Source: Candidatus Aceula lacicola (GTDB taxonomy: Bacteria; Omnitrophota; Gorgyraeia; Zapsychrales; Aceulaceae). From it: a DNA stretch of 59,239 nucleotides. The notes below the pieces were generated by a model, which worked only from the letters and a program-made list of their open reading frames with translations, was not told the origin of the DNA and did no database searches. Positions 1 to 10,961 of this stretch are shown here, piece by piece. Position 1 is the stretch's first letter; each line of letters opens with the position of its first letter. Both the position numbers and the translations under genes were made by a program. The stretch lies in the NCBI GenBank assembly GCA_030765785.1, contig JAVCCC010000021.1, positions 1 through 59,239 of the forward strand, written 5' to 3'.

Positions 1-56
1 AACTTTTCCCCTTCTCGTCTACATTTTCGGCAACTAGCTTCTAAATCTCTTGCCAT
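1..56 (-). CDS. rpsD: 30S ribosomal protein S4, 5' end only (runs off window)
   Basis: Manual translation MARDLEASCRKCRREGEK matches the S4 N-terminus (CxxCRREG); SD AGGGAG upstream; follows rpsK. Confidence 0.93.
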   Translation of the reverse strand, partial: MARDLEASCRKCRREGEK

Positions 57-73
57 TATTAATAACTCCCTTT

Positions 74-472
74 TTAAACTCTACGTTTTTTACGTGGCCG
101 GCATCCATTGTGCGGCACAGGCGTAACGTCACGAATTATTGTTACTTTCAAACCTGCAGCTGAAACAGCGCGAATCGCAGACTCGCGTCCAGCCCCAGGA
201 CCTTTAACATAAACTTCAACGCTTTCAATGCCAAGCTCTTTGGCTTTTTTAGCTGCATTTGACGCAGCAATTTGAGCAGCAAATGGCGTTGATTTCTTCG
301 ATCCTTTAAATCCAACATGACCCGGACTTGATGAAACAATCACATTTCCCTGCATGTCGGTAATAGCAATAATTGTATTATTAAAAGTCGCCTTAATATG
401 AACAGCGCCACTGCTAATTCCCTTAAGTGCCTTCTTTTTTTCTTTATCTTTTTTCTTTACTGGTTTCGCCAT
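74..472 (-). CDS. rpsK: 30S ribosomal protein S11
   Basis: [40 protein letters not shown] motifs. Confidence 0.99.
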   Translation of the reverse strand: MAKPVKKKDKEKKKALKGISSGAVHIKATFNNTIIAITDMQGNVIVSSSPGHVGFKGSKKSTPFAAQIAASNAAKKAKELGIESVEVYVKGPGAGRESAIRAVSAAGLKVTIIRDVTPVPHNGCRPRKKRRV

Positions 473-483
473 CTTTTCTCCTT

Positions 484-858
484 TTATTTCTTACTAGGCA
501 TTGCCATCGTAACTTTCTTTTTCCCTTTACGAGTTCGTGCATTTGTTTTTGTTCTTTGCCCTCGCGCAGGAAGCCCTCTTTTGTGACGGAGTCCTCGATA
601 AGAACCAATATCAATCAATCGTCGGATATTTTGCGCTACGTCTCTTCGCAGATCACCTTCGATTCGATAATCTTTCTGAATGATCGCTGTAATTCTAGAA
701 ACTTCTTCTTCTGTTAAATCCTTAGCTCTTCTATTCTTGTCAATTTGAGCTTGTGTTAAAATCTTTAAACAATTTTTTGGACCAATCCCATAGAGATACG
801 GCAAAGCCGCTTCAATTCTTTTTTCTTTTGGAAGGTCAACACCTAAAATTCTTGGCAT
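484..858 (-). CDS. rpsM: 30S ribosomal protein S13
   Basis: [35 protein letters not shown]. Confidence 0.99.
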   Translation of the reverse strand: MPRILGVDLPKEKRIEAALPYLYGIGPKNCLKILTQAQIDKNRRAKDLTEEEVSRITAIIQKDYRIEGDLRRDVAQNIRRLIDIGSYRGLRHKRGLPARGQRTKTNARTRKGKKKVTMAMPSKK

Positions 859-861
859 AAC

Positions 862-975
862 TTATCCTTGTCTTTGTTTATGTTTTGGATTTGTACAAAT
901 AACTCTAACAACATTCTTACGTCGAACAATTTTACATTTACCACAAATTCTTTTAACAGAAGATTTTACTTTCAT
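862..975 (-). CDS. rpmJ: 50S ribosomal protein L36 (Zn-ribbon type; absent from ORF track)
   Basis: Manual translation [37 protein letters not shown]. Confidence 0.98.
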   Translation of the reverse strand: MKVKSSVKRICGKCKIVRRKNVVRVICTNPKHKQRQG

Positions 976-976
976 T

Positions 977-1195
977 TTATTTTTCCCTATAGGTAATTCG
1001 TCCTCTGGTTAAGTCATACGGAGAAAGTTCCAGCTTCACTTTATCTCCTGGAATCAGACGAATAAAATGTACTCGCATTTTTCCTGAAATATGAGCCAAT
1101 ACCTTATGCCCGTTGTCCAGCTCTACCTGAAACATAGCATTCGGTAGTGCCTCTTTAATAATTCCTTCAACTTCTATCAATTCTTCTTTAGCCAT
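977..1195 (-). CDS. infA: Translation initiation factor IF-1
   Basis: [37 protein letters not shown]. Confidence 0.99.
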   Translation of the reverse strand: MAKEELIEVEGIIKEALPNAMFQVELDNGHKVLAHISGKMRVHFIRLIPGDKVKLELSPYDLTRGRITYREK

Positions 1196-1949
1196 TTATT
1201 TTCGTCAATATTTCTGGCCCATTGGCCGTTACAGCAACAGTGTGCTCAAAATGAGCTGACGGCTTTCCATCAGATGTAACAACCGTCCATTTATCATCTA
1301 AAATCTTTGTCTTATACGTTCCCGTATTAATCATTGGCTCAATCGCAAAAACCATTCCCTCCTGTAAAACAGGACCAGATTTTGGTAGGCCAAAATTTGG
1401 AACTTCTGGCTCTTCATGCAAGGACATTCCGATGCCATGACCAACAAAATCACGCACAACGGAAAAACCAAAGGGCTCTACAAAACTTTGAATCGCAAAC
1501 CCAATATCAGAAAGATAATTTCCTTCTTTGGCCTGATCAATTCCTTTACTCAAAGATTGCTCAGTTACATCAATAAGCCTTTGCGTTGCTTCATCTAAAC
1601 TTCCAAAGCCAACCGTAAATGCGCAATCAGAAAACCAGTCATCTAAAATAAGACCGATATCAATGCTTACAATGTCACCTTCTTTAACAACCCGCACATT
1701 TGGAATTCCGTGAACAATTTCTTCGTTAATAGAAATACAAGCCGTTGCCGGAAAACCATGATACCCTTTAAACGCTGGCTTTGCTTCTCTTTGATCAATT
1801 AGCTTCTCAGCGATTCTATCTATCTCGAGGGTTGTCATCCCTACTTTCAAAGAACTTTTTAAATCTTCTTTGACACAAGCAAGAGCCTTTCCGGCTCTAC
1901 GCATTTTTTCAATTTCCTGCTTCGACTTGAGAATTATCAATTTTTCCAT
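1188..1949 (-). CDS. map: Methionine aminopeptidase type I (alternative TTG start at 1940)
   Basis: [36 protein letters not shown]. Confidence 0.98.
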   Translation of the reverse strand: MEKLIILKSKQEIEKMRRAGKALACVKEDLKSSLKVGMTTLEIDRIAEKLIDQREAKPAFKGYHGFPATACISINEEIVHGIPNVRVVKEGDIVSIDIGLILDDWFSDCAFTVGFGSLDEATQRLIDVTEQSLSKGIDQAKEGNYLSDIGFAIQSFVEPFGFSVVRDFVGHGIGMSLHEEPEVPNFGLPKSGPVLQEGMVFAIEPMINTGTYKTKILDDKWTVVTSDGKPSAHFEHTVAVTANGPEILTKING

Positions 1950-2595
1950 CTTTTTTGAATATTTTTAACAAATAATCCTTTAACGCATTAGCATCCTGAT
2001 TTCCATCTGCCTTTAAAAGAATTCCCTTCGCTTGATAATAATCAACAATCGGTGCAGTGTTCTCTAAATAAACATCTATTCTTTTGCGAATTGTCTCTTC
2101 GTTGTCATCCGTTCTTTGATACAATTCACCGCCACAAGAATCACAAACACCTTCCTCTTTGGATGGCATATTCACAACATGATAAAGAGCTCCACAGCTT
2201 CGACACACTCGACGACCTGTTAAACGCTGAATCACAATTTCGCTATCAACTTCCATGTAAACAACATAATCAATCGGCTGATTCACATTTGCCACAATCT
2301 CATCTAAATCTTGCGACTGCTGCTTTGTTCTTGGAAATCCATCTAGAAGATATCCCTTTGGTGCAAATGTCTTGTCTTTCAACCGATTCTCAATAATGCG
2401 AGTAACAACATCATCTGGCACAAGACCACCGCTTTCAACAAAACTTTTCACTTCCTGTCCAAGAGAAGTATTATTTTTCATTTCCTCTCTTAAAATGTCA
2501 CCCATTGAAACATGCTTTAGGTTTAAAACTTTTTCTAAAAGCTTTGCTTGCGTTCCTTTACCTGCACCTGGCGCCCCTAACAAAATTAATCTCAT
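1909..2595 (-). CDS. adk: Adenylate kinase with Zn-binding LID
   Basis: GAPGAGKGTQA, LDGFPRT, CRSC...CDSC. Confidence 0.99.
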   Translation of the reverse strand: MRLILLGAPGAGKGTQAKLLEKVLNLKHVSMGDILREEMKNNTSLGQEVKSFVESGGLVPDDVVTRIIENRLKDKTFAPKGYLLDGFPRTKQQSQDLDEIVANVNQPIDYVVYMEVDSEIVIQRLTGRRVCRSCGALYHVVNMPSKEEGVCDSCGGELYQRTDDNEETIRKRIDVYLENTAPIVDYYQAKGILLKADGNQDANALKDYLLKIFKKDGKIDNSQVEAGN

Positions 2596-3941
2596 CGTCG
2601 TCCCCTTAAATGCCCTGTTTTCATAAACCCATCATAATGTCTCATTAAAAGCTGGGATTCTATTTGCTTAACTGTATCAAGCATAACGCCAACAATAATC
2701 AAAATACCCGTTCCGCCAAAAAACGATGCAACCAAATAAGGAACCTTAAAGGCTGCCATAATCGCATCTGGCATAACCGCAATCACACACATAAAAAAAG
2801 CACCCGCTAAAGTAATACGCGTCATAACAAAATCTAAAAAATCAGCTGTTGGCACACCTGGCCGAACACCAGGAATAAATCCGCCATGCTTTTTCATGTT
2901 CTCTGCGACATCAACTGGATTAAAAACAATCGCAGTATAAAAATAGCAGAAAAATATAATCAAAAGTCCATACAAGAAATAATATGCCGCATGTCCTCGC
3001 ATAAAGAAACTTGCAACTGTTTGTAATCCTTGATGCGGAATAAAGCTCGCTAATGTCGCCGGAAAGAGCAAGATCGATTGTGCAAAAATAATCGCGATAA
3101 TACCAGCCGTATCAACCTTTAACGGAATATAGGTGCTTTGCCCACCATAAACTTTTCGTCCAACAATACGCCGTGCGTATTGCACCGGAATTCGGCGCTG
3201 CCCCTGCGTAATTAAAGTGATTGAAAAAATAACACCAACTAAAAATGCTATCATCAAAAGCAAAGTTAACGGCTGAATCTGTCGCATCGATGCTGTTTTA
3301 GGTGACAATAAAACAAACAATGTTCGAATCGCATCTGGTGCACGAGACAAAATACCTGCTGCGATAATAAGAGAAATGCCTTGTCCGATCCCCTTTTCCT
3401 GAATTTGCTCTCCAAGCCACATCAAAAGAACCGTGCCTGATGCAAGCGTTAAGACAGTTGTAAATCGAAATGCCCAACCCGGATCATTAACAACTTGCAA
3501 TCCTTGAAACGCCTGGGGGCTTTCTAGCCATAATGCAATAAAATAAGATTGCACAATTGCTAAACCCAAAGTTCCATATCGCGTATATTGATTAATTTTC
3601 TGATATCCAGCCTGACCTTCTTTAGATAATTTTTCTAAAGCTGGAATAACTGCCGTCAAAAGCTGCATAATAATGGAACTCGAAATATAAGGCATAATCC
3701 CTAAAGAAAATACCGTCATCTTCTGCAGAGCTCCACCAGAAAACATATTCATCATGCCAAAGATCGTTCCACCGCCTGAAGACTCATTAATTCGACGAAA
3801 AAATTCTGCCAATATAGAACCATTGACACCGGGTGTTGGAATATGGCACCCGACGCGATAAGCAAGAATAATCACTAACGTAAAAAGAATCTTTTTTCTT
3901 AAATCAGGTATTTTAAAACAGTTCGAAAATGCTTTTAGCAT
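2592..3941 (-). CDS. secY: Preprotein translocase SecY
   Basis: LGIMPYISSSIIMQLL, WLGEQI..KGIG.GISL, FIPGVRPG, GGTGILI. Confidence 0.99.
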   Translation of the reverse strand: MLKAFSNCFKIPDLRKKILFTLVIILAYRVGCHIPTPGVNGSILAEFFRRINESSGGGTIFGMMNMFSGGALQKMTVFSLGIMPYISSSIIMQLLTAVIPALEKLSKEGQAGYQKINQYTRYGTLGLAIVQSYFIALWLESPQAFQGLQVVNDPGWAFRFTTVLTLASGTVLLMWLGEQIQEKGIGQGISLIIAAGILSRAPDAIRTLFVLLSPKTASMRQIQPLTLLLMIAFLVGVIFSITLITQGQRRIPVQYARRIVGRKVYGGQSTYIPLKVDTAGIIAIIFAQSILLFPATLASFIPHQGLQTVASFFMRGHAAYYFLYGLLIIFFCYFYTAIVFNPVDVAENMKKHGGFIPGVRPGVPTADFLDFVMTRITLAGAFFMCVIAVMPDAIMAAFKVPYLVASFFGGTGILIIVGVMLDTVKQIESQLLMRHYDGFMKTGHLRGRR

Positions 3942-3955
3942 AAAAATCTCTATAT

Positions 3956-4402
3956 TTATTTCTTAATTGGTTCAATTTTTCCGCCTGCTTTCACTATTTT
4001 TTCTTCAGCAGACTTCGAAAGTGCATGAACTTGAACTGTTAAAGGTTTTGAAATCTCACCAAGACCTAAAATCTTTACCCGCTTAGCGCTATTCTTAATC
4101 AAACCTTTTTCTTTTAAAAACTCTGGATTAACCAAAGTCCCCTCTTTAATCTTAGAAAGCATAGAAAGCTTAACAAGCTGATAAACAGTGCGTCGCCTTA
4201 CTCTAAATCCAACCTTTGGCAATCGACGAATCAAAGGCATTTGTCCACCTTCAAGTCCGTGAATAATGGCACGTCCAGATCGAGACTTTTGACCATTTTC
4301 TCCTCGACCAGAAGTTTTTCCTCTGCCGGATCCCTGACCACGACCTACAATTCTTTTCTTTTTTCGCGCCCCTTTAGGCTTTCCTATTTCATGCAGAAAC
4401 AC
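3956..4402 (-). CDS. rplO: 50S ribosomal protein L15 (probable GTG start 4402; ORF track extends to 4417)
   Basis: [28 protein letters not shown]; GGAG SD at 4412-4415. Confidence 0.97.
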   Translation of the reverse strand: MFLHEIGKPKGARKKKRIVGRGQGSGRGKTSGRGENGQKSRSGRAIIHGLEGGQMPLIRRLPKVGFRVRRRTVYQLVKLSMLSKIKEGTLVNPEFLKEKGLIKNSAKRVKILGLGEISKPLTVQVHALSKSAEEKIVKAGGKIEPIKK

Positions 4403-5120
4403 TTTGCACTTCTCCAATTTCTTTAAACGGTTTCAATCGAATTAAACCATCGATTGTTGCCTTGACAATATTAATCGGATTATTTGACCGATGACATTTT
4501 GTCAAAATATTTCTAATTCCAGATGCATCACAAATCGCACGCACCGGACCTGCCGCAATAACACCCGTACCTTCACTTGCTGGCTTCAGCAAAACAGTTG
4601 CGCCTCCACATCGTCCAATAATTTCATGAGAAATTGTTCCTTTACGTACAGAAATATCAACCATGTTTTTCTTAGCAACGCGCATCGCCTTCTGGATAGC
4701 TGTTGCAACTTCAGGAGCTTTTCCTAAATAATAACCAACTTTTCCTTTTCCATCTCCCACAACAACAAGCGCACTAAAAGACATTTTCTTTCCACCTTTT
4801 GTAACTTTTGTAACACGATTAATGGCAATGACTTTCTCAATAAATCCAGAATCATCTTGTTGTTTTTTTGCAGATGACTTGGAAGACCATTTCTTCTTCT
4901 TTTTATCAAAAGAATTCTTTGGATCATCTTTTTTCTCTTCACCTTTAGCCTGAATTTCTTGGGAAACCTTTTCCTCAGAATCAGTCGCAATCACAACCTC
5001 TTCAGCTCCAGCTGACGTTTCGCTTTTTGTTTCCTGCGTTTCCGCCGCAACAGTCTCTTGAACTTTTTCCTCTAAATTTTCTTGTTCAGCATTCTTCTCT
5101 ATATTTTTATCTTCAGTCAT
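4389..5120 (-). CDS. rpsE: 30S ribosomal protein S5 with long N-terminal extension
   Basis: [32 protein letters not shown]. Confidence 0.98.
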   Translation of the reverse strand: MTEDKNIEKNAEQENLEEKVQETVAAETQETKSETSAGAEEVVIATDSEEKVSQEIQAKGEEKKDDPKNSFDKKKKKWSSKSSAKKQQDDSGFIEKVIAINRVTKVTKGGKKMSFSALVVVGDGKGKVGYYLGKAPEVATAIQKAMRVAKKNMVDISVRKGTISHEIIGRCGGATVLLKPASEGTGVIAAGPVRAICDASGIRNILTKCHRSNNPINIVKATIDGLIRLKPFKEIGEVQSVSA

Positions 5121-5482
5121 TAGAACTCCAGTCCACCTTTTCTTGCCGCTTCAGCAAAAACTTTTACACGTCCGTGATAAAGATAGCCTCCGCGATCAAA
5201 ACATACCTTTTTAATTCCTTTTTCCTGAGCTTTTGCAGCAAAAGCTTCTCCTAGATTAGCTGCCCCTTCAATATTTCCACAAGACTTTAACTTGTTCTTG
5301 ATGTCTTTATGCGCTGTTGACATTCCAATCAATGTTTTGCTTGCACTATCATCAATTAAAGACACAGACATATTCTTTAGACTTCGATGAATACACATCC
5401 TTGGCATTTGAGGGGTTCCTTTAACTTTCTTACAAATTCTTTTATGCCGAAAAACTCTTCTTTGTTCTTTTGTATTAATCAT
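5120..5482 (-). CDS. rplR: 50S ribosomal protein L18
   Basis: [24 protein letters not shown]. Confidence 0.99.
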   Translation of the reverse strand: MINTKEQRRVFRHKRICKKVKGTPQMPRMCIHRSLKNMSVSLIDDSASKTLIGMSTAHKDIKNKLKSCGNIEGAANLGEAFAAKAQEKGIKKVCFDRGGYLYHGRVKVFAEAARKGGLEF

Positions 5483-5487
5483 TATAA

Positions 5488-6027
5488 TTACTTTGTAACA
5501 GATTTTCCTTGTTTACGTTTAACAATTTCTCCTGAATACCGAATACCTTTTCCCTTGTAAGGTTCTGGTGGTTTAATCTTTCTAATCGTCGCAACAGTGT
5601 TTCCTAAAATAACATTATCAATGGAATCAAATTCAAGTTCCGTAGGGGTTACTGCCTTAACCGCAATGTTTTCAGGAACAACAAATTCAACCGGATGACT
5701 AAATCCAAGATTCAATGTAATTTTCTGACCTTGAACCTGTGCACGAAAACCAATTCCCTGAATCTCAAGCTTTTTCTTATGTCCATCGGAAACACCAGTC
5801 ATCATATTGACAAGTCGCGCTCGTATGGTCCCGTGATTTGATCGATCTTGCTTGATATCAGATTTTCGTGTAACAAAAACTTTTTCGTCTTTATTTTCAA
5901 CGAAAATCCCGAAGGGTATAGCTAAAGAAAGTTTTCCTTTTGACCCTTCAACAAGAACGCTATCACCATTAACGGCAACCTTTACACCCCTTGGAATAAC
6001 AATTATTTTTTTTCCTATTCTTGACAT
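5488..6027 (-). CDS. rplF: 50S ribosomal protein L6
   Basis: MSRIGKK, LGFSHP, PPEPYKGKGIRY. Confidence 0.99.
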   Translation of the reverse strand: MSRIGKKIIVIPRGVKVAVNGDSVLVEGSKGKLSLAIPFGIFVENKDEKVFVTRKSDIKQDRSNHGTIRARLVNMMTGVSDGHKKKLEIQGIGFRAQVQGQKITLNLGFSHPVEFVVPENIAVKAVTPTELEFDSIDNVILGNTVATIRKIKPPEPYKGKGIRYSGEIVKRKQGKSVTK

Positions 6028-6034
6028 ATTTCTC

Positions 6035-6433
6035 CTACCAAATGTAACATAAAACTTCGCCGCCTACCTTAAGTTCACGAGCCTGACGATCACCTACAAT
6101 ACCTTTTGATGTTGAAATCACAGCTGATCCCAAGCCATTTAAAACTTTTGGAATCCTGTCATGCGTCGTATAAACTCTTAAGCTTGGTTTTGAAATTCGC
6201 TTTAATCCAATAATGGATGATTTCTTATTTTTCTCGTATCTCAAATAAATCTTAATCGTTCCCTGCGTACTGTCTTTGAGCAAACGAAAATCTTCAATAT
6301 ATCCGTCTTCCTTAAAAATCTCCAAAATCTTTTCAGAAATTTTTGATGCCGGAACATCGACCGCTTCCTTTTTCACTTGTACCGCATTGCGGATACTGGT
6401 TAACATATTACTAATAGGATCTGATAATGACAT
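6035..6433 (-). CDS. rpsH: 30S ribosomal protein S8
   Basis: DPISNMLTSIRNA, RISKPSLRVY, STSKG, GGEVLCYIW. Confidence 0.99.
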   Translation of the reverse strand: MSLSDPISNMLTSIRNAVQVKKEAVDVPASKISEKILEIFKEDGYIEDFRLLKDSTQGTIKIYLRYEKNKKSSIIGLKRISKPSLRVYTTHDRIPKVLNGLGSAVISTSKGIVGDRQARELKVGGEVLCYIW

Positions 6434-6453
6434 ATATTCTTTTTCCTCTCTGA

Positions 6454-6639
6454 TTACCAGCTTGCTTTCTTTACGCCTGGGATCTCACCTTTCCAAGCGA
6501 GCTCTCGAAAACAAATTCGGCAAATACCAAAGCGTCGTAAAAATCCTTTTGGCCGACCACATAACACACATCGATTATGCTGACGCGTTGAAAACTTTGC
6601 TGGTCGTGCTTCTCGTATTCTTAATGCCTTTTTTGCCAT
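6454..6639 (-). CDS. rpsN: 30S ribosomal protein S14, short Zn-binding type Z
   Basis: 61 aa, RCVLCGRP...[18 protein letters not shown]. Confidence 0.99.
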   Translation of the reverse strand: MAKKALRIREARPAKFSTRQHNRCVLCGRPKGFLRRFGICRICFRELAWKGEIPGVKKASW

Positions 6640-6653
6640 ATTAAATTTTCCTC

Positions 6654-7199
6654 TTAATTCTTTCTAAAAGGCATTCCCAGAAGACTTAAAATCTCAAATG
6701 TTTGCTCCTGAGGGCCGTGATTAAAAACGAATGTAATATCCATTCCTTGTGTTCTTTGAACTTGATCCAATTCGACTTCTGGAAAGATCGACTGATCAGA
6801 AATGCCAATCGTATAATTCCCTTCTTTATCAAATGATTTCCTTGAAACTCCATTAAAATCACGAATTCGCGGAAGCGCAATATTCACAAAACGATCAAGA
6901 AATTCATACATTTTAAATTTTCGCAATGTAACTTTACATCCAACCGGCAAACCTTCTCGTAATTTAAAATTAGAAATTGCCTTCTTAGAACGTCTAATAA
7001 TCGGTTTTTGACCTGTAATGATTCCCATGTCTTTAACAGCCGATTCAAGCACCTTAATATCCGCAACGGCTTCGCCAACTCCCATATTAACAACAATTTT
7101 CTCTAACGAAGAAACAGCCATTTTATTTTTAATATCAAATTTCTCCTGAATCTTCGGAACTATTTCTTGTTGATATCTATCTAAAAGTCTTGGTTTCAT
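6654..7199 (-). CDS. rplE: 50S ribosomal protein L5 (start re-assigned to ATG 7199, MKPRLL)
   Basis: [24 protein letters not shown]; the longer ORF-track start would overlap rplX by 101 nt. Confidence 0.98.
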   Translation of the reverse strand: MKPRLLDRYQQEIVPKIQEKFDIKNKMAVSSLEKIVVNMGVGEAVADIKVLESAVKDMGIITGQKPIIRRSKKAISNFKLREGLPVGCKVTLRKFKMYEFLDRFVNIALPRIRDFNGVSRKSFDKEGNYTIGISDQSIFPEVELDQVQRTQGMDITFVFNHGPQEQTFEILSLLGMPFRKN

Positions 7200-7200
7200 T

Positions 7201-7512
7201 TTAGTTTGCCGCTCCACACTTTTTGCATTCACGAATCTTTGTCCCATCCTTAAGAACAGAAATCTTTGTTCGTATTCGTTTGCTGCACTGTTTGCACACA
7301 AGCATCAGATTGCTCAAATTAAGCGACGTCTCAATCTCGACAATGCCACCTTTTTGATCTTCTTGAGTTTTTCGTCGTGCTTTCTTTATAATATTGATAT
7401 TCTCAACAACTGCTTTCTGAGCTTCTGGAAAAACACGCAACACCTTCCCTTTTTTTCCTTTATCCTTTCCAGCAACAACTTCAACAGTATCATTCTTTTT
7501 AATTTTTATCAT
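7201..7512 (-). CDS. rplX: 50S ribosomal protein L24 (probable ATG 7512)
   Basis: KOW motif IKKNDTVEVVAGKDKGKKGKV. Confidence 0.97.
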   Translation of the reverse strand: MIKIKKNDTVEVVAGKDKGKKGKVLRVFPEAQKAVVENINIIKKARRKTQEDQKGGIVEIETSLNLSNLMLVCKQCSKRIRTKISVLKDGTKIRECKKCGAAN

Positions 7513-7513
7513 C

Positions 7514-7882
7514 TTAAACAACCTCTGGGGCTAATGAAACGATTTTCATATAATCCATACTTCTTAATTCTCTAGCAACTGGGCCAAAAACACGTGTTCC
7601 TCTTGGATTGCCATTATCATCAACAATGACAACGGCATTGCTATCAAATTTAACATATGTTCCGTCAGATCGGCGTACAGGAAACTTTTGCCGAACAATA
7701 ACTGCCTTGACAACTTCGCCTTTTTTAACACCGGCACGAGGAGCCGATTCCTTAATATTAACACGTACCAATTCACCAACTTGAGCAGAACGTCGACCGC
7801 GAGCATTCAAAACACCAATAAAAGATGCTTTTCGCGCACCTGAATTATCTGCTACATCTAAAATTGTTTTCATATAAATCAT
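7514..7882 (-). CDS. rplN: 50S ribosomal protein L14
   Basis: [28 protein letters not shown]. Confidence 0.99.
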   Translation of the reverse strand: MIYMKTILDVADNSGARKASFIGVLNARGRRSAQVGELVRVNIKESAPRAGVKKGEVVKAVIVRQKFPVRRSDGTYVKFDSNAVVIVDDNGNPRGTRVFGPVARELRSMDYMKIVSLAPEVV

Positions 7883-8145
7883 TATTCAACTTCTTTCTTT
7901 AAGATTTTCCTAAGAGCCCAGCGCTTATCTTTTGAAAGAGGTCGTGTTTCCATGATCTCAACAATATTTCCTTCTTGTGTTTCATTCTTTTCATCATGAA
8001 CTTTATATTTCTGCGCTCGCTTAACAAGCTTATGGTACTTCGCATGTTTAGAATGTCCCGCAACCTGAACAACACACGTCTTATCCATCTTGTTGCTAAC
8101 AACCGTCCCGGTCATCACTTTTCTTCTATTCATTCTTTCTGTCAT
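7882..8145 (-). CDS. rpsQ: 30S ribosomal protein S17
   Basis: [24 protein letters not shown]. Confidence 0.99.
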   Translation of the reverse strand: MTERMNRRKVMTGTVVSNKMDKTCVVQVAGHSKHAKYHKLVKRAQKYKVHDEKNETQEGNIVEIMETRPLSKDKRWALRKILKKEVE

Positions 8146-8333
8146 TACGCTTTTCTTTCCTTTAAAACAGTTTTAATTCTTGCCACATCCTTTTTTAACT
8201 GGCTAAATCTTGCAGGCTTCTCAACTTTTCCAAATTTTCTTTGATAATTCAAACCAAATAATTCCTTTTTCATTGCTTTTTCTTTTTGAAGTAACTCTTC
8301 AACATCCAATACTCTTAAATCTTTTGTCTTCAT
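8145..8333 (-). CDS. rpmC: 50S ribosomal protein L29
   Basis: KKDVARIKTVL; position between rplP and rpsQ. Confidence 0.96.
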   Translation of the reverse strand: MKTKDLRVLDVEELLQKEKAMKKELFGLNYQRKFGKVEKPARFSQLKKDVARIKTVLKERKA

Positions 8334-8347
8334 AACATTTACCTTTA

Positions 8348-8767
8348 TTAAACCTGTGCTGAACGTGAGACAAATTTTGTTCGAACTGGCATTTTAAACG
8401 CAACTAAACGAAAAATAGCTTTTGCAAAATCTTCGGGAACACCACCAATTTCAAAAAGAATTTTTCCTCGCTTAACAGGACAAACCCAATGACTAAGATC
8501 ACCCTTTCCTTTTCCTTGGCGTGTTTCTGCTGGCTTTTTAGTAACTGGCTTAGAAGGAAAAACATTAACCCAGAATTTTCCAACACCCTTCATCTTTCGA
8601 GCAACAGTAATACGTGCCGTCTCCATGTGATTAGCACGAATCAACCCGTTCTCCAATGTTTTGAGCCCATATTCGCCAAAAGTCAAACGACTTCCTTTTG
8701 TCGCAATACCGCGATTCTTTCCCTTTTGGGCTTTTCTGTACTTAACTTTTCTTGGCATTAAAAGCAT
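8348..8767 (-). CDS. rplP: 50S ribosomal protein L16
   Basis: MPRKVKYRK, FGEYGL, TKKPAETRQGKGKG, GKILFEI. Confidence 0.99.
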   Translation of the reverse strand: MLLMPRKVKYRKAQKGKNRGIATKGSRLTFGEYGLKTLENGLIRANHMETARITVARKMKGVGKFWVNVFPSKPVTKKPAETRQGKGKGDLSHWVCPVKRGKILFEIGGVPEDFAKAIFRLVAFKMPVRTKFVSRSAQV

Positions 8768-8786
8768 GTTACTATTTTTCCTTTAA

Positions 8787-9464
8787 TTACTTCTTTTCTG
8801 TTTTTGACTCTTGCACTTCTTCTTCAACTTTTTTATCTAAAATGGCATCACCATGATAAATCCAAGTCTTTACACCAATTGTTCCATATGTTGTCTGTGC
8901 TTCTGCAAATCCATAATCAATATCCGCGCGGAAAGTCTGTAAGGGAAGCTTCCCGTCTTTATATGTCTCGCGCCTTGCCATTTCAGCACCATTCAAACGT
9001 CCTGCGCATCCAATTTTAATTCCCTGAGCGCCTGATTGCATCGCTTGATCAATCGCTCTTTTCATTGCGCGTCTAAAAGCAATACGTTTTTCAAGCTGAA
9101 GCGCAACGCTTTGCGCAACTAAGTTTGCATCAATCGCTGGATTCTTAACCTCTTTGATATCAATTGCAAGTTCTTTTGTTGTTAGCCCACTTAAATCATC
9201 TTTCAAACGATCGATATCAGCGCCTCGTCTGCCAATGATAACGCCTGGACGTGCAGAATAAATACGAATTCTTAGCTGACCTCTTAAGCGCTCAATCTCA
9301 ACCTGGGAGACAGCTGCATGCGCAAACTTCTTTTGAATATGCTTTCGAATTCGATAATCTTCAGCAACGTTTATTGCGAATTCTTTTTTACCGGCAAACC
9401 ATCGACTTTTCCAATCTTTGATATAACCAATTCGTAAAATAATAGGGCTAACTTTTTGTCCCAC
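8787..9464 (-). CDS. rpsC: 30S ribosomal protein S3 (GTG start)
   Basis: MGQKV, ARPGVIIGRRG, GRLNGAEMAR, PLQTFRADIDY. Confidence 0.99.
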   Translation of the reverse strand: MGQKVSPIILRIGYIKDWKSRWFAGKKEFAINVAEDYRIRKHIQKKFAHAAVSQVEIERLRGQLRIRIYSARPGVIIGRRGADIDRLKDDLSGLTTKELAIDIKEVKNPAIDANLVAQSVALQLEKRIAFRRAMKRAIDQAMQSGAQGIKIGCAGRLNGAEMARRETYKDGKLPLQTFRADIDYGFAEAQTTYGTIGVKTWIYHGDAILDKKVEEEVQESKTEKK

Positions 9465-9475
9465 AGAATACCTCT

Positions 9476-9811
9476 CTACTTTGTCTTAAGATCTAATTCA
9501 ACGGTTAAATGGGTTGTTTTTTTCAATATTCCAACTGCCCGTCCAAATGCTGCAGAACGATATCTGCGCCACGACGGACCTAAATCTGCTGTAATCTTTG
9601 AAACAAAAAGCTGATCTTCATTCAAACCTTTTTGCTTAGCATTGCTTATAGCAGAATTTAAAACTTTCTTGATTCTCTCAGACGATCCTTTTGGTAATTG
9701 ATCTAAAATTACCACAGATGCCTTTACGCCTTTGCCTCGAATCAGATCAATGACCTGTCGAACCTTAGTCGGAGAAACTCGAATAAATCTTCCTTTTGCT
9801 TTTACAATCAT
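9476..9811 (-). CDS. rplV: 50S ribosomal protein L22
   Basis: RVSPTKVRQVIDLIRG, SAISNA. Confidence 0.98.
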   Translation of the reverse strand: MIVKAKGRFIRVSPTKVRQVIDLIRGKGVKASVVILDQLPKGSSERIKKVLNSAISNAKQKGLNEDQLFVSKITADLGPSWRRYRSAAFGRAVGILKKTTHLTVELDLKTK

Positions 9812-9824
9812 AACAAATTACCTT

Positions 9825-10112
9825 TTATGTCTTTGTTGCAGCTTTCTTAGCCTTGACTCCGCCATGTTTCCTAAATGTTCGAGTTGGAGCAAAAGAACCA
9901 AATTTGTATCCAACCATATTTTCTGTAATAAAAACTGGAACGTGCTTTCTTCCGTCGTGAACTGCAACAGTATACCCGACAAAATCAGGCGTTACAGTTG
10001 ATTCTCTCGACCATGTTTTAATTGGAAGCTTTTGTACCGACTTTTGCATTTTCTCTAACTTCTTAAGCAAATGATCAGCAACATATGGTCCTTTTTTAAT
10101 TGAACGTGGCAT
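9825..10112 (-). CDS. rpsS: 30S ribosomal protein S19
   Basis: RSIKKGP, IKTWSR, VHDGRKH, FAPTRTF. Confidence 0.99.
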   Translation of the reverse strand: MPRSIKKGPYVADHLLKKLEKMQKSVQKLPIKTWSRESTVTPDFVGYTVAVHDGRKHVPVFITENMVGYKFGSFAPTRTFRKHGGVKAKKAATKT

Positions 10113-10115
10113 ATC

Positions 10116-10961
10116 TTATCGTTTTCCTTTTTTTCTTTTTCTAACAATAAATTTATCAGAATATTTTCTCTTTGCCCGTGTCTTATATCCTTTTGTAGGC
10201 TTACCCCAAGGAGTCACCGGATGCGGATTTCCCTGTGGCGCTTTTCCTTCACCGCCACCATGAGGGTGATCAACAGGATTCATCGCAACACCTCGGACAT
10301 TTCCTTTACGGCCAAGCCATCGAGAACGTCCTGCTTTTCCAATAGACATCGATTCATGCTCAACATTTCCGATTTGTCCAATCGTTGCGCGACATTTAAT
10401 TTTAATTTTTCGAACTTCACTAGACGGAAGGCGAATATGCGCCTCTCGTCCTTCTTTTGCCATAACCTGAGCCGATGTTCCAGCAGAACGAACAATCTTT
10501 CCACCTTTTCCAACGACAAGTTCAATATTGTGAACCGCTGTTCCTAGAGGAATTTTTTCAATCGGCATACAATTTCCTGGTGCGATTTCAATGCTTTGTT
10601 CAAAAGTACTGTCAATCGTACTTCCAACCTTTAATTCTAATGGTGCCAAAATATAAGATCGTGTCTTATCCGAATATTCAATCAATGCAATACGTGCAGA
10701 TCGATTTGGATCATATTCAATAGCCAACACTGTTGCTGGGTCATCAATTCGATTGCGCTTAAAATCAACTAAACGATACATTCTTTTATGCCCACCAGAA
10801 CGATAACGCGCAGTAATTCGTCCACGATTATTTCGGCCACCTGATCTCTTCAAGGGAGTCAAGAGAGCTTTTTCTGGCTTTGACTTTGTAATTTCAGCAA
10901 AATCAGAAATAATAGTATGTCGTAACGCACTTGTTGTTGGACGAAATTTCTTTAATCCCAT
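10116..10961 (-). CDS. rplB: 50S ribosomal protein L2
   Basis: [30 protein letters not shown]. Confidence 0.99.
   Translation of the reverse strand: MGLKKFRPTTSALRHTIISDFAEITKSKPEKALLTPLKRSGGRNNRGRITARYRSGGHKRMYRLVDFKRNRIDDPATVLAIEYDPNRSARIALIEYSDKTRSYILAPLELKVGSTIDSTFEQSIEIAPGNCMPIEKIPLGTAVHNIELVVGKGGKIVRSAGTSAQVMAKEGREAHIRLPSSEVRKIKIKCRATIGQIGNVEHESMSIGKAGRSRWLGRKGNVRGVAMNPVDHPHGGGEGKAPQGNPHPVTPWGKPTKGYKTRAKRKYSDKFIVRKRKKGKR

Noticed and set aside
7200-7301. Apparent N-terminal extension of L5
   Set aside because: Overlaps rplX; ATG 7199 gives a normal-length L5
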